From: an uncultured Candidatus Bathyarchaeia archaeon | GTDB lineage: Archaea > Thermoproteota > Bathyarchaeia > 40CM-2-53-6 | Length of the DNA stretch: 57,190 nucleotides | Direction of reading: 5' to 3' | Assembly: GCA_964649235.1 (NCBI GenBank) | Contig: CAZYOZ010000006.1 | Coordinates: 1-57,190, forward strand | Part shown: piece by piece, positions 47,392 to 56,925 of the stretch | How positions within the stretch are numbered: the first letter of the stretch is position 1 | How the letters are laid out: every line of letters begins with the position of its first letter | Translations under genes and position numbers: made by a program | The notes under the pieces: model-generated | The model's input: the letters and a program-made list of their open reading frames with translations, nothing else | Databases searched by the model: none | Told to the model about the DNA's origin: nothing

Positions 47392-48372
47392 ATGGAGCCG
47401 AAGGTGTTTGTAACTAGGCTTTTACCGGAAGAGGCGATGAACCAGATCTATTCGTTCTGCGAAGCGGCCGTTTGGGACGGAGAGCTTCCGCCCCCAAGGG
47501 AGGTTCTACTAGAAAATCTGCGCGACATAGAGGGCTTACTTTGCCTGTTGACAGACACGATTGATGCAGCCGTATTCGACTCGGCTCCGAGGCTGAGGGT
47601 TGTGAGTAACTGCGCGGTAGGCTACGATAATGTCGATGTGCTCGAAGCTACAAGGCGCGGAATAATTGTCGGAAACACGCCGGGCGTGCTTACTGAGACG
47701 ACCGCGGACTTCACGTTTGCTCTAATGATGGCCGCCGCGAGGCGTATCACGGAAGGAGAAAAGGCTGTTAGGGCTGGCAAGTGGAAGACATGGGGCCCCA
47801 TGCTGTTCCTAGGCCAAGATGTCCACAATTCCACACTAGGAATTGTAGGCTTGGGTAGAATCGGCGAAGCTGTCGCCCGCCGGGCCAAGGGATTTGGCAT
47901 GAAGCTCCTGTACTATAGTAGAACAAAACACGGAGAGCTGGAGAAAGAGCTGGGACTCCAATTTGTGGAGTTTAAGGAACTTCTGACCAGTTCGGACTTC
48001 ATCACACTGCACACCAACCTTACATCCGAAACAAAGCACATGATCGGCCGCGAAGAATTCTCGAAAATGAAGAATACTTGCGTTCTCGTCAACACATCCA
48101 GAGGTCCAATTGTCGACCAAATCGCGTTGTATGAGGCGCTACGGGACAGGGGAATCGCGTTCGCAGCATTAGACGTGACCGAGCCCGAGCCTCTTCCGGC
48201 AGACCACCCGTTGTTGACTCTGGATAATTTGATTGTGACGCCGCATATCGCAAGCGCTTCGGTTGCCACCCGAACGAAGATGGCATTGATGGCGGCTGAG
48301 AACCTGATCGCGGGACTGAAAGGGGAAATCCTTCCTTACCCTGTTAATCCTGAGGTGCTCAGAAAAAGGTGA
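47392..48372 (+). CDS. D-2-hydroxyacid dehydrogenase (glyoxylate/hydroxypyruvate reductase type)
   Basis: '[22 protein letters not shown]' NAD motif, 'NTSRGPIVD', 'ALDVTEPEP' and 'TPHIASAS'. Confidence 0.9.
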   Translation: MEPKVFVTRLLPEEAMNQIYSFCEAAVWDGELPPPREVLLENLRDIEGLLCLLTDTIDAAVFDSAPRLRVVSNCAVGYDNVDVLEATRRGIIVGNTPGVLTETTADFTFALMMAAARRITEGEKAVRAGKWKTWGPMLFLGQDVHNSTLGIVGLGRIGEAVARRAKGFGMKLLYYSRTKHGELEKELGLQFVEFKELLTSSDFITLHTNLTSETKHMIGREEFSKMKNTCVLVNTSRGPIVDQIALYEALRDRGIAFAALDVTEPEPLPADHPLLTLDNLIVTPHIASASVATRTKMALMAAENLIAGLKGEILPYPVNPEVLRKR

Positions 48373-48396
48373 GCCAGGCTGAATCCGACTAGGTTC

Positions 48397-48819
48397 TCAG
48401 GCGAGGTCAAGCGCTTTCAGAGTTAAGTCAAATTTCGGGATCAGCTTGAACTTGGGAATCCGTCGCGGTAGTGTCCACCTGTAATCGGTGTGTTCCCAGT
48501 TCAGCCGGACGCGGCTGGTCCGGCAATCGAAGAGGAACGGTTGGACCTGTGCTTTGACGTCAGGCCCAATGCGAAGCCAGTATGATTTGCCTCGTTTGAC
48601 CAAGGGAAGTTCTTGCCTTCTCACTCCGGTTTCCTCGCGGATCTCTCGGTAACAAGTCCTTTCGGGTGAGCGCTTTCCTCCGATGCGACCCGTAACTGCC
48701 GACCAACGGCAAGGGTTGATGCGGACTGTCGGTGCTCTTTTCAAGAGCAGGATTTTGCGTTGGCACCTGAGCACGCAGGTGACCGTCCTGAAGAGCCTCA
48801 TTTCGTGTCGCGAGCTCAC
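48397..48819 (-). CDS. NUDIX hydrolase
   Basis: 'GGKRSPERTCYREIREETGV' Nudix-box-like motif with slightly short spacing. Confidence 0.7.
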   Translation of the reverse strand: MSSRHEMRLFRTVTCVLRCQRKILLLKRAPTVRINPCRWSAVTGRIGGKRSPERTCYREIREETGVRRQELPLVKRGKSYWLRIGPDVKAQVQPFLFDCRTSRVRLNWEHTDYRWTLPRRIPKFKLIPKFDLTLKALDLA

Positions 48820-48993
48820 ATTCTAGGAAACACGTTAGCCAGAAATCTCCGCCTGTAAGGCTGGACTTTCAGTCACATATGAAGTATGACATCTTTCTCT
48901 TTTAGGATGAGCTGGTTCCGATAGCTCTTATCAAAACGGAATTGCTGAACTCATATAGCATTCCGCGCTGAATCAAGCTGTGTTCAATGGGTT

Positions 48994-49713
48994 TCATCGG
49001 CCCACTCCAAAGTACATGCGTGCGAGTTCGGGTTGATTGAGCAGTTCATCAGCGCCTCCGGAGAATGATACTTGGCCGCTGACGAGCAACAGAGCCTTGT
49101 CACCAATCTCGAGGGCCCTCTTCGCATTCTGCTCCGCAAGCGCTATAGCCAAGCCGTACTCGTCTCTGATCCTAGCGATTCTGTCGAGAACCTGCTTTGC
49201 GATTTTGGGTGCAAGGTTTCCGGTTGGTTCGTCGAATAGCATTACCCTTGGCCTTCTAATCAGCGCCATGGCCATGGCCACCATTTGTTTTTCTCCGCCG
49301 CTCAATGTCCCCGCTTTTCGGTTCCAGTGCTCTTTCAGGACAGGAAACGTATCAGTCATCTCTGTTTCTCTTTTCTGGCTTTCGTCTTTCTGCAGAACGT
49401 ATCCCGCCATCAGCAGGTTTTCTCTTACTGCCAATTCGTTGAAGACATTATTGACTTGAGGAAGATATGCGATGCCGAACCGTGAAACCTTGTCGGGAGG
49501 GCTTCGAGTTATGTCATTTCCGTTGAACAAGATCCTGCCTGAGTAAACGTCGGTTAGTCCGAAGATCGTTTTCAAAAGTGTGCTCTTACCACTTCCGTTC
49601 GGTCCAACGACTACTGTGATCTGTTTCTCGGGGAATTCAGCTGAAACATCAAACAGTACATGTAGCCTACGATAGCCAGCAGAGATCTTCTCCGCCGAAA
49701 GCAGGCTTCCCAA
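48994..49713 (-). CDS. livF: Branched-chain amino acid ABC transporter ATP-binding protein (LivF-type)
   Basis: Walker A 'GPNGSGKST', signature 'LSGGEKQ' and Walker B 'MLFDEP'. Confidence 0.9.
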   Translation of the reverse strand: MGSLLSAEKISAGYRRLHVLFDVSAEFPEKQITVVVGPNGSGKSTLLKTIFGLTDVYSGRILFNGNDITRSPPDKVSRFGIAYLPQVNNVFNELAVRENLLMAGYVLQKDESQKRETEMTDTFPVLKEHWNRKAGTLSGGEKQMVAMAMALIRRPRVMLFDEPTGNLAPKIAKQVLDRIARIRDEYGLAIALAEQNAKRALEIGDKALLLVSGQVSFSGGADELLNQPELARMYFGVGR

Positions 49714-49737
49714 GGCTAGACCTCTTTTGGTCAGAAG

Positions 49738-50499
49738 CTACGTGCCAAGGTAGGCCTCAGCAACTCGTGGGTCCTTAAGGATCTCGTCTGGTTTTCCTTC
49801 AGCAATGATTTTGCCTCGAAACATCGCGTACACCTTGTCCACGTATGGAATTGCGAGTTCTAGCCTGTGCTCTATTAGCAGGAAGGTCAGGTCTGCTTTT
49901 CGGTTGAGTTCTGTGAGGTGTTGAAACACTTCGTGTGCAAGCGTAGGGTTGACCCCTGCCGCGGGTTCGTCCATTACGAGCATGCGTGCACCGCTCATCA
50001 GAGCGCGTCCAGCCTCCAAGAGTTTGAGCTGTCCCCCGCTAAGCTGGTATGCCTCCCTGTCCCAGAGTTCATTAAGCTTGATGAGTTCCAGTACCTTGAA
50101 CGCAGTTTCTACATGTTCCTCCTCCGCCTTCAGCCACTTTCTGCCTAGGGAAGACACTGGCCCTTCTCCGGCATTGTCACGTTTCGCGACCAAAAGGTTC
50201 TCGAGAACGCTTAGTTTGAGGAAGGGTTGAGGGATCTGAAAGGTTCGAACCAAGCCCAGGCGGAATGTTTCATGCGGTGGCATGCCAGTAATATCATTAC
50301 CATTGAATATGATGCGGCCGGTGTCGGGCTTGTAGACTCCGGTAAGAACGTTAACTAAAGTCGTCTTTCCGCTGCCGTTCGGTCCAATCAGCAAGGCGAG
50401 CTCGCGATGTCTCACACCTATGCTCGCTTTCTCAAGCGCGACCACACCACCGAAACTTTTGCTTACTTCGGTCGCGGTCAGGAGTATTCCGTCTTGCAT
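49738..50499 (-). CDS. livG: Branched-chain amino acid ABC transporter ATP-binding protein (LivG-type)
   Basis: Walker A 'GPNGSGKTT', 'LSGGQLKLLE' and 'LVMDEPAAG'. Confidence 0.9.
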   Translation of the reverse strand: MQDGILLTATEVSKSFGGVVALEKASIGVRHRELALLIGPNGSGKTTLVNVLTGVYKPDTGRIIFNGNDITGMPPHETFRLGLVRTFQIPQPFLKLSVLENLLVAKRDNAGEGPVSSLGRKWLKAEEEHVETAFKVLELIKLNELWDREAYQLSGGQLKLLEAGRALMSGARMLVMDEPAAGVNPTLAHEVFQHLTELNRKADLTFLLIEHRLELAIPYVDKVYAMFRGKIIAEGKPDEILKDPRVAEAYLGT

Positions 50500-50552
50500 G
50501 ATTGCATTAAAAAAATGGGAGTGGGATTAGTGTTTTTGGGTAGAGCAGAAGT

Positions 50553-51851
50553 CTATGGTGTAAAACCAGGCGTCCATACAAAGCTGCCTGTTGAGAAGCT
50601 GTAGGTTCCGGCCTGAACCCACTCATACTTCCCGGCTGATGGAGCTATAATCCAGAGCCAGTAATCCGCAGAAGCCAAGTCGCCAGCGGCGTTCAGTTTG
50701 GTCCAACCAACAGCCCCATAATAGTTGTTCGCAACGTCTGCCAGCACTGATCTCACTGCATCGCCATCGTTCTTCTGAACCTGCATCAACGCCAGGGTTA
50801 GACCCCATACAATGTCGTATGCTGCGTAAGCATAGCTGTCGGGAACTCTTCCAAGTTGTTGCTTCACATAATCTGTGACTCTCTGGTACTTCTCATTCGT
50901 ACTCGGTGCAAAGATCGGGTTGATCCACTTGATGTCAGCTGAAAAGGCAGCTGCGTTGGCATCTGCAACTAACTCAGCCAGCTGGGCTGTGCCGTCGCTG
51001 CCGAACCATTTCACTTCTTTCAGTTCTGCGTAGTCTTTGGCCGCCAGCACGAATGCGACAGCTTCGTTAAATGCTATGAGTTCGATGCCTATCTTGTCGG
51101 CAGTGACACCGCCTTCCATTAGCGACTTAACGTTGTCGTCCACAGCCTTGGCTTCAGATGAGAACTCTTTAGCTTCAGGCGCGTATCGTATCTCGTTGGC
51201 AACGGTCAGACCGAGCCTCTGAGCCTCTTCGCTACTTGCCCGAAATAGCCCGTCCCCCCATGCATCGCCTCTGTAAACGTAGATTATGTGAGTTATGCCA
51301 AGTGAGTTGAATAGCCGTGGGCCGATTGGTCCTTGGATTGTGTCATCTGGGCAGAACCGGAACACGAAGTCATTGGGGATGGCAAGGTCAGGGGCTGTTG
51401 AGGACTGGCTGACGAGTACAAGCTTGTTTGAGTCCGCGTAGCTCTTTATTTGGCGTATTTCACCACTCGTTTGAGGACCAACGTACAGCTTCACACCTTT
51501 CGCCGCTAACGACTGAAGTTTCTGTAACGCAACATCTGGTTTCGTTTCAGTGTCCTCGACGAGTATCTTAATGGTGAAGGATTGCCCGGCCTTCTGCAGG
51601 AAAGCGTTCACTTCGCTCTGTGCTAGCATTACTGCCTGGTTGCTGTTCTCACCGTACGACCCCAGAGCGCCGGTCAGTGGCAGGAGGCCCCCGATCTGAA
51701 TCTCACCCTGAAGCGGGGGAACTTGAACCTCAACGATCCTCTCCGGCTGCATGCCAAGCATTGGCGCTAGAGCGACGCCCAAGGCAGCACCAACGATTAG
51801 AGCGATGACTGCGATTGCGACAGCGGTTGTGCTAAGTGCTTGTTTGCTCAT
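50553..51851 (-). CDS. ABC transporter substrate-binding protein (LIV/Peripla_BP_6 type) with an N-terminal membrane anchor
   Basis: Type-I periplasmic binding-protein pattern and N-terminal 'TTAVAIAVIALIVGAALGVALA'. I prefer the ATG at 51851 over the GTG at 51863 because of the TATA spacing. Confidence 0.85.
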   Translation of the reverse strand: MSKQALSTTAVAIAVIALIVGAALGVALAPMLGMQPERIVEVQVPPLQGEIQIGGLLPLTGALGSYGENSNQAVMLAQSEVNAFLQKAGQSFTIKILVEDTETKPDVALQKLQSLAAKGVKLYVGPQTSGEIRQIKSYADSNKLVLVSQSSTAPDLAIPNDFVFRFCPDDTIQGPIGPRLFNSLGITHIIYVYRGDAWGDGLFRASSEEAQRLGLTVANEIRYAPEAKEFSSEAKAVDDNVKSLMEGGVTADKIGIELIAFNEAVAFVLAAKDYAELKEVKWFGSDGTAQLAELVADANAAAFSADIKWINPIFAPSTNEKYQRVTDYVKQQLGRVPDSYAYAAYDIVWGLTLALMQVQKNDGDAVRSVLADVANNYYGAVGWTKLNAAGDLASADYWLWIIAPSAGKYEWVQAGTYSFSTGSFVWTPGFTP

Positions 51852-51870
51852 TTTCAAAATCACCGTAGGC

Positions 51871-51878
51871 TATTAAAA
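51871..51878 (-). promoter_or_regulatory. Candidate TATA box for a leaderless SBP-livG-livF transcript
   Basis: The minus-strand 'ttttaata' is centred ~24 nt upstream of the ATG at 51851. Confidence 0.3.
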
Positions 51879-51933
51879 CAACCTGAGCGTAGTTAAGATT
51901 TGCCGTAAATGACTTATAGAGAGCTCTCGGTGT

Positions 51934-52866
51934 GTGTCCGTGGCAATCGAACCTATCTTCAGGGACGCTATCGTCTTCGCCAGTTTACTTTCTCTTCTGA
52001 GCGTAGGCCTAACCCTGACCTACCTGGTCACAAAGGTCCCCAACTTCGCCCACGGGACGATTGCTAGCATAGGGATCTACGTCACGCTCACGTCAACTGA
52101 ACTTCTGCAATCTGACCCGTACGAATTTCTCCCGGCGGCTTTTCTCTTGGGCGGCTGCGCGAACTTGATTCTTTATTTTGTTGCCATCAGACCCCTTAAC
52201 CGCAGAGGAGCAGGTTTAGTCAGCCTAATGGTTGCGACGATAGCCTACGATCTTGTCCTGGTGGCGTCCCTGAATATGTACGCGGATTATCTAACAAAGA
52301 CATTCAAGATTGCGAGCCGCGACTTCATTCTCCGAAAGCACGACTTGGTATTGCTCGGTCAGCCGGGTGTATTTCTGACAGCACCAGTTATCGCTGTGGT
52401 CCTTGTTGTCGTACTCTACGTATTTCTCACGAAGACGAGATTCGGAGTTGCGATGAGAGCGGCGATAGAAGACATGGCTCTGGCAGGTGTCTTGGGAATC
52501 AACGTAAGGCGTGTCTACGTGGTTTCGTGGTTCTTGGCTGGCGGGCTTGGCGGATTGGCTGGTGCAATGTTGGGCCTATGGTTTCAATCGGATCCGGGCT
52601 ATGGCCAAAGAGTTCTGATCAGCATATTCGCAGCTAGCGTCGTTGGGGGGCTCGCTAACATCTATGGTGGAATGATAGGAGGGCTCCTTGTTGGCTTGGC
52701 TGAAATTCTCGGCACCAATTGGTTAGGAGGCATACTTGGAACATGGGTTTTCCCATATCGGGCCATCATTCCGCTTTTGGCAATGGTCATAGCCCTTCTG
52801 CTGGCTCCGAAAGGAATCACTGGCGTGAAATGGTCGCAGGCCATCAGGAAGGTCGTGGGAAGGTAA
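51934..52866 (+). CDS. livH: Branched-chain amino acid ABC transporter permease (LivH-type)
   Basis: ~8 TM spans and the 'VAMRAAIEDMALAGVLGINVRRV' loop typical of LivH. Confidence 0.88.
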   Translation: MSVAIEPIFRDAIVFASLLSLLSVGLTLTYLVTKVPNFAHGTIASIGIYVTLTSTELLQSDPYEFLPAAFLLGGCANLILYFVAIRPLNRRGAGLVSLMVATIAYDLVLVASLNMYADYLTKTFKIASRDFILRKHDLVLLGQPGVFLTAPVIAVVLVVVLYVFLTKTRFGVAMRAAIEDMALAGVLGINVRRVYVVSWFLAGGLGGLAGAMLGLWFQSDPGYGQRVLISIFAASVVGGLANIYGGMIGGLLVGLAEILGTNWLGGILGTWVFPYRAIIPLLAMVIALLLAPKGITGVKWSQAIRKVVGR

Positions 52867-52873
52867 CTTTCGC

Positions 52874-54037
52874 ATGGTCGAAACCAACCTCGTCCTTCTC
52901 TTTGTAGTTGACTTGGTTGCTGTCTTTGCAGCCTACCTGACCGTCACAAGCAGCTTGAACATGGAATTTGGTTATACTGGTATTCCAGATTTTGGCAAGG
53001 TACTTTCTTTCGCTGCGGGAGCGTTTGCTGCGGGCTTCCTTCCAGGAAGGCTGCTTGAACAGCTGTTTGGTTTGGACCGTGGCATTCAGGCCTACGCGAA
53101 CAACAAGATTCTGGCAGACTGTGTGACAGAATTCAGCTTCCGTAAGCCGGAGGTCCTACAGGGCCTGAAGTACGTTGAGGACAATGTAGCAGTGACGACT
53201 TGTTTGACGCGGGTTCTTCAGAATGACCCGTTGCTCTCGCTTTCAGTAGTCGTCCTTACCGTGGCGTTTGCCGGTGGAATTGGTGCTGTGCTGGGCTTTG
53301 TGGCGTCTTATCCCGCGATCCGGCTGAGAGAGGACTACTTAGCCATGACGCTTCTCGCCATGGCTGAAGTCGTGAACGTTGTTGGATACAATTATCCAGA
53401 GATCGCAGGAGGCACGTTGGGCGTCGCGGTTCCCGACCCATACGCTTGGGTTGGAGGTGGGAGAAGATTTCTCGTTGCTACAATCGCTCTAGCGATAATG
53501 GCTGTGATGGCATACGTGTACATGCGGAGAGTCTCCTCATCGCCCTTCGGCCGTGTCATGAAGGCCGTGAGAGACGGAGAAGTAGCAGCGGAAGCTCTGG
53601 GAAAAGATGTCGTAAAGATCCGGCAGAAAGTTCTTGTTGTTTCTTCAGCCGTCGCAGCCACCGGTGGCGCCCTCTGGGCGTTCTACGCTGGGGGAGTCAT
53701 CGCGACCGCATACGACAGGGTCACCTGGACTTTCTGGCCGTGGGTTATGGTCATAATGGGCGGCGCTGCGAACAACTTAGGCGTCGTGTTGGGGACGGGG
53801 ATATTCGTGGCTTCGCGCAAGCTCATCGACTTCTACAAGTTCTCGCTCGAACCGGTACTTCCGTTCAGCGTGGTCTGGGTTGACAGGCTGGCCTTGGGTA
53901 TCGTGCTCATAATCATGCTGATTGCTAGGCCTCAGGGAATCCTAGCAGAGAAGCCCTCGATGACTCTGAAAAAGGAAAAGATACTATCCATAATAAGCAG
54001 AGCGAAGGAGAAAGCGCGACCGCCGAACAACCAGTGA
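52874..54037 (+). CDS. livM: Branched-chain amino acid ABC transporter permease (LivM-type)
   Basis: Polytopic, with the 'FGRVMKAVRDGEVAAEALGKDV' loop typical of LivM. Confidence 0.88.
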   Translation: MVETNLVLLFVVDLVAVFAAYLTVTSSLNMEFGYTGIPDFGKVLSFAAGAFAAGFLPGRLLEQLFGLDRGIQAYANNKILADCVTEFSFRKPEVLQGLKYVEDNVAVTTCLTRVLQNDPLLSLSVVVLTVAFAGGIGAVLGFVASYPAIRLREDYLAMTLLAMAEVVNVVGYNYPEIAGGTLGVAVPDPYAWVGGGRRFLVATIALAIMAVMAYVYMRRVSSSPFGRVMKAVRDGEVAAEALGKDVVKIRQKVLVVSSAVAATGGALWAFYAGGVIATAYDRVTWTFWPWVMVIMGGAANNLGVVLGTGIFVASRKLIDFYKFSLEPVLPFSVVWVDRLALGIVLIIMLIARPQGILAEKPSMTLKKEKILSIISRAKEKARPPNNQ

Positions 54038-54070
54038 TAGCGTCCGGCGCCCTAATGGAAGTTCAATCAG

Positions 54071-55054
54071 ATGCCAGCCCAGTCGCACGAACTACTCTTC
54101 CTTTCCCGTTCAGACATTGAATCTACGGACCTGTCAATGAAAGAAATCATTGCGGCTGTGGAAGAAGCCTTCAAAGAAAAAGGCCAAGGCCATGCGGAGA
54201 TGCCTCCGAAGCCGGGGATCCACCCGGCGCCCGACGCGTTCATTCACGCCATGCCAGCTTACCTTCCGAGGCTTCGCGCTGCGGGAATCAAATGGGTGAG
54301 CGGCTACCCGGAGAACTACAAACGAGGTTTGCCGTACATCTCCGGGCTCGTTGTCCTGAACGACCCTGATACTGGGTTGCCAATGGCAATCATGGACGGG
54401 GCTTGGGTAACCGCGAAACGTACGGGTGCAGCCACGGCAGTCGCAGCCAAGTACCTCGCCCGGAAAGACTCGAAAACCATTGGAATACTGGGGTTGGGGG
54501 TGCAGGGGCGAAGCAACCTAGAGGCACTCCGCGAGATTCTCGCGAACCTCGAAGACGTCAAGGCTTACGACATTTCTGCTACTAGTCAGCAGAGATACGT
54601 GGACGAGATGACTGCTAAAACAGGGCTTACCATTGAACCTGTCAGAAGTCCTAGGGAGGCGGTGGAGGGTTGCGATGTTGTCGTCACTGCTGGCCCCATC
54701 ATCAAGAACCCCAGCCCGACCATAGGCAGCGGCTGGCTCAAGGATGGTCTATTCGCGTGCCCGCTGGATTTCGATTCTTACTGGAGACCTGAAGCCATGC
54801 ACGCAATGAACAAATTCTGCACAGACGATACCGAACAGTTGCTCTACTACAAGTCAACTGGCTACTTCAAAGACCTGCCGCCCGTGTATGCGAGTTTGGA
54901 TGAGATCGTGCTGGGACGGAAGCCGCCCAGAGAGAACGCTCAGGAACGAATTATGTCGATGAACCTTGGAATCGCAATCGAGGACATGGCTGTGGCAATC
55001 CGGCTCGTGGAACGCGCGGAGAAGTTGAGTGTAGGCCGGCGGCTTGCACTTTGA
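54071..55054 (+). CDS. Ornithine cyclodeaminase / mu-crystallin family protein (archaeal alanine dehydrogenase-like)
   Basis: 'TAKRTGAATAVAAKYLAR', 'IGILGLGVQGRSNLEAL' and a length of ~327 aa. Confidence 0.85.
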   Translation: MPAQSHELLFLSRSDIESTDLSMKEIIAAVEEAFKEKGQGHAEMPPKPGIHPAPDAFIHAMPAYLPRLRAAGIKWVSGYPENYKRGLPYISGLVVLNDPDTGLPMAIMDGAWVTAKRTGAATAVAAKYLARKDSKTIGILGLGVQGRSNLEALREILANLEDVKAYDISATSQQRYVDEMTAKTGLTIEPVRSPREAVEGCDVVVTAGPIIKNPSPTIGSGWLKDGLFACPLDFDSYWRPEAMHAMNKFCTDDTEQLLYYKSTGYFKDLPPVYASLDEIVLGRKPPRENAQERIMSMNLGIAIEDMAVAIRLVERAEKLSVGRRLAL

Positions 55055-55346
55055 CCATAGGGTGAGTTCTTTGCCAGTCACCGTCATCATACCAGCCGCC
55101 CTGTCCCAATACGCAGGGAACACTTCCAACGTTGTTGTCGAAGCCACTACAGTAAACGAGGCGCTTTTGAAGCTTGACGAGCAGATTCCTGGGTTGAGCA
55201 GCTTCATTCTGGATGAGAGCGGAAGCGTTCGGAGGTACGTCAATATCTTCGTGAACGACTCTGACATTCGCTCAGGCGCCGGCCCAATGACAAAGCTCAA
55301 AGACGGAGACCGCATTCATATTGTGCCGGCTGTGGCCGGAGGCTGA
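55044..55346 (+). CDS. MoaD/ThiS/SAMP-like ubiquitin-fold protein ending in Gly-Gly
   Basis: '...VNIFVNDSDIR......LKDGDRIHIVPAVAGG*' is the beta-grasp family C-terminus. The true start is probably the internal TTG at ~55071. Confidence 0.75.
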   Translation: MHFDHRVSSLPVTVIIPAALSQYAGNTSNVVVEATTVNEALLKLDEQIPGLSSFILDESGSVRRYVNIFVNDSDIRSGAGPMTKLKDGDRIHIVPAVAGG

Positions 55347-55357
55347 AAGGTCAAAAG

Positions 55358-56482
55358 ATGGTTTCCAAGAAGGCTGACCTTTACGTGCTGGCGGGCACGT
55401 CGAAAGGCGCTTTCATATTCCAGTCCGACTCGCGAAGGCAAAAATGGAGGATCAAAGGCCCGTTCCTCAGGGGCTCGCCAGTCCTTCACATGGCGTTTGA
55501 TCAGCGAGACGCAAAGACGATCTATGCTGCCGTGAACAGCGGGCACTTTGGCCCAACAGTCTGCTGGACGAAGGATCTCGGCCGCACATGGAAGAATGCC
55601 GAGAGCCCGCCACGTTTCGCTGAAGGTTCTGGGCTGACAGTTGCGAAGGTTTGGCATGTGGAACCAGGCCACGCGGATGAGGCGGGCGTGGTCTTTGCGG
55701 GCGTTGAGCCCGCAGCTCTCTTTCGGAGCGAAGACGGAGCCAACGCCTGGAAACCTGTGGACAGTCTGAACAATCATCCCACCCGCTCAAAATGGGAGCC
55801 AGGAGGAGGCGGCCTATGCCTGCATTCTATCGTAGTTGACCCGTCTAACTTGAAGCGGATGTATGTTGGCATATCTGCTGTGGGTGTCTTCAGGTCCGAT
55901 GATTCGGGCCAGACATGGAACCCAAAAAACAACCGTGTCCGCGCAGATTTCTTGGCCGACAAGTATCCGGAGTTTGGACAGTGCGTTCACAAGCTTCTCG
56001 TCGACCCCAACAAACCAAGCCACCTGTACCAGCAAAACCACTGCGGCGTCTACAGGTCAGAAGACGCGGCCGAGAGTTGGATTGACGTGTCGAAGGGCCT
56101 TCCAACGAGCAAGGGCGAGTTCTCGCAAACCGGCTTTGGTTTTCCGCTGGCGGTTCACCCACACAAATCCGGCACGATCTACGTCCTTCCAGAGGAGGCC
56201 GACAACTTCCGCGCCGTGGCAAACCGAGAATTCGCAATCTACACAACCAGCAATGCTGGCAAGAGTTGGCGGAAACTCACAAACGGCCTGCCGAGGGGAG
56301 ATGTCTACCTCGGTTGCTGGCGGGAGGGCCTTGCCACCGACAAGATGGACCCGGCGGGAGTCTACGTTGGAACGAGAATGGGCCACATATTCTACAGCGC
56401 AGACGAAGGCCGCCGTTGGCAAATGCTAGCGCAATGGCTACCCCCTGTCTACTCAGTGTCGACCGCCACGGTTATGCGCTAA
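55358..56482 (+). CDS. BNR/Asp-box repeat beta-propeller protein (sialidase-fold, non-secreted)
   Basis: Six SxDxGxxW-like boxes: 'TKDLGRTW', 'SEDGANAW', 'SDDSGQTW', 'SEDAAESW', 'SNAGKSW' and 'SADEGRRW'. No signal peptide. Confidence 0.8.
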   Translation: MVSKKADLYVLAGTSKGAFIFQSDSRRQKWRIKGPFLRGSPVLHMAFDQRDAKTIYAAVNSGHFGPTVCWTKDLGRTWKNAESPPRFAEGSGLTVAKVWHVEPGHADEAGVVFAGVEPAALFRSEDGANAWKPVDSLNNHPTRSKWEPGGGGLCLHSIVVDPSNLKRMYVGISAVGVFRSDDSGQTWNPKNNRVRADFLADKYPEFGQCVHKLLVDPNKPSHLYQQNHCGVYRSEDAAESWIDVSKGLPTSKGEFSQTGFGFPLAVHPHKSGTIYVLPEEADNFRAVANREFAIYTTSNAGKSWRKLTNGLPRGDVYLGCWREGLATDKMDPAGVYVGTRMGHIFYSADEGRRWQMLAQWLPPVYSVSTATVMR

Positions 56483-56518
56483 GTAACCGACTTAACTCTC
56501 GTTGGCAGTCAGGTTCCC

Positions 56519-56925
56519 TCAGTCCAGAATCTCAACAACACTTTTGTCAGCATTAACTCTGAGCTTCATCCCGTCGCGCAGAATCGTGAACGGATCCTTC
56601 TCCAACTTGTCCAATGCCGGGATCTCTGAGATTATTGCTCCCACGGCAACGATAGGCTCAGATTCCAAGTTTATGATGGCTTTCGGGGCGACGCCATTCT
56701 TTTTCATCCGGTACAGAGTGTAGGAGCCAACCGTAGACCCCTTTCCATGCGGAAACACGAGCACGGAATCCTTGACTCCCTTTCCCTCCAGCGAGTGGCC
56801 TCTCTCGATCACCGTTCCAGTCTCCGGGTCTACGCCGCCAAAGAATGAGATCGGTTCATCAGATATGAGGGCACAGCCCTCTGCGATTCCTCCCGAAATT
56901 TTGCGCCCTCGAACTAACTCCATCG
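56519..56925 (-). CDS. Aconitase X swivel-domain small subunit (DUF126; phosphomevalonate dehydratase small-subunit type)
   Basis: 'GGIAEGCALISDEPISFFGGVDPETGTVIE..H.LEGKGVKDSVLVFPHGKGSTVGSY'. The start at 'MELVRG' overlaps the upstream gene's stop. The longer track ORF is rejected. Confidence 0.8.
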
